Assembly: GCF_006345805.1 (NCBI RefSeq)
Contig: NW_021834237.1
Location: 6,150 to 70,149 of the forward strand
DNA from: Octopus sinensis
Taxonomy: Eukaryota
Direction of reading: 5' to 3'
Length of the DNA stretch: 64,000 nt
Part shown: piece after piece, positions 62,926 through 64,000 of the stretch
Layout of the letters: every line of letters begins with the position of its first letter
Position numbering within the stretch: position 1 is the first letter of the stretch
Notes under the pieces: model-generated
The model's input: only the letters and a program-made list of their open reading frames with translations
What the model was told of the DNA's origin: nothing
The model's database searches: none
Made by a program: the position numbers and the translations under genes

Positions 62926-63314
62926 AAGGCAAGAGCGAAGGATCAAGGCGTAGGAAGCTAGTAAGTCTCAAGCAGTCTGTAGAAGGTAAAAAGTAAAGCA
63001 ACTTTCAGGAACAATAGTGGTTCATTGGCGCATGTTGTGCAAGTTTTTTCCCATATCGGAGTTCGATAAGCTGAAAAAAGTTATTTTATAGTTTAGCGGC
63101 TATCCGGTTGCTTTGCATGCGATGAAAAAAACTCCTAAAGTCCGCGGGGTAACTGTTCTACCCTCAGATTTCTTAAATATGAGTATAGAAAATTGTAACC
63201 GATCAAACGTTTCCATAAGTAAATAAAAACAACTTTCTCAGCGGAATCGAAAACGACTCTATACCCCTTTACAAACTGTTTTAATATAACTGTTTTATAT
63301 TCTTTAATCTGATA

Positions 63315-63510
63315 TTTGTTTCAGTTATTGGACTGTGGCCATCCTGGGTCAACCACGCCTTCAAGGGTCGGTGAAACAAATCGACATCAGTACTTATTAC
63401 TTTTTAAAGCCTAGTCCTTATTTTACCAGCTTCTTTTACGAAACGCTAAGTTACGAGGATGTAAGCAACTAACACCAGTCCCAAGAGGGGGTGGGGGGGC
63501 GCAAACACGT
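63315..63510 (-). mobile_element. Diverged SINE family A 3' half
   Basis: tttgtttcagt..actgtggccat..cgccttcaagg..cgctaagttacg. Confidence 0.75.
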
Positions 63511-63619
63511 ACATTGTGTGTGTGTGTGTGTGTATGTGTGTGTGTGTATGTGTGGTGTGTTTAAAAGCCAAAACACAATGCAAGTTATTGTAATACTTCA
63601 GGTTGATAGTTTTCCTGGT

Positions 63620-63659
63620 ATTTTAATATTTCACGGTTAGGAGCCCTTCATCAGGAAAT
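63620..63659 (-). ncRNA. Degenerate minimal hammerhead motif
   Basis: atttc-CTGATGA-aggg-ctcctaa-ccgt-GAAAT-ATT-aaaat. Confidence 0.45.
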
Positions 63660-63794
63660 CTTTGGAGAAAAATTTGGTATTCGCAGACCAGAGCTGCCTG
63701 CAGGCGATTGGATACTATTGTGACCACATATCAACCCTTTATAAAAAAAAAAAAAAGACAAAAACAAACACACACACACACACTCACTAATCTT

Positions 63795-64000
63795 TAATGT
63801 TGTGGTATATATGTGTTCTTGAGCAAGACACTTTATTTCACGTTGCTGCTCCAGTTCACTCAGCTGTAGAAATGAGTTGCGACGTCAACAGGTGCCACGC
63901 TGTATCGTCCCCTTGCCTTTCCTTTGGATAACACTGGTGGCGCGGAGAGGGAAGCCGGTATGCATGGGCGACTGCCTTGTCTTCCATAAACAAACTTTCC
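63795..64000 (+). mobile_element. SINE-like body of a further family (cut by window edge)
   Basis: ttgagcaagacactt..ctccagttcactcagctgtagaaatgag resembles conserved SINE central domains. Confidence 0.55.

Noticed and set aside
1-64000. CRISPR arrays, operons or other prokaryotic systems
   Set aside because: The sequence is eukaryotic repeat DNA with no repeat-spacer array or dense coding.

Overview
Eukaryotic, AT-rich, repeat-saturated DNA with no supportable host gene; probably intronic or intergenic. The SINE, RTE and microsatellite content suggests an octopus or other cephalopod (inference from recollection, not a search). Contents: three abundant tRNA-derived SINE families (A, B, C here); decayed non-LTR retrotransposons (RTE, CR1, R4/Dong, Hero-like); at least three Penelope-like element (PLE) relics; a Gypsy relic; a mariner relic and another TIR transposon; seven non-autonomous Helitron-type copies; dense microsatellites. 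Nearly all supplied ORFs are microsatellite or SINE artefacts. The main result is a set of short non-coding repeats carrying hammerhead ribozyme (HHR) motifs. (1) A TA-microsatellite-inserted family has the three HHR strands in non-circularly permuted order, with a compensatory base-pair change between copies (49287-49347 and 56167-56226, minus strand). (2) A terminally redundant, retrozyme-like element with a 364-nt period has a type I HHR with a U3-A8 core pair (36174-36631). (3) A tRNA-headed SINE has a minimal HHR (29282-29570). (4) Minimal PLE-type HHRs lie at 46013, 49842 and 63620. All structures were paired by eye; none is shown to be active, and many element boundaries are approximate.
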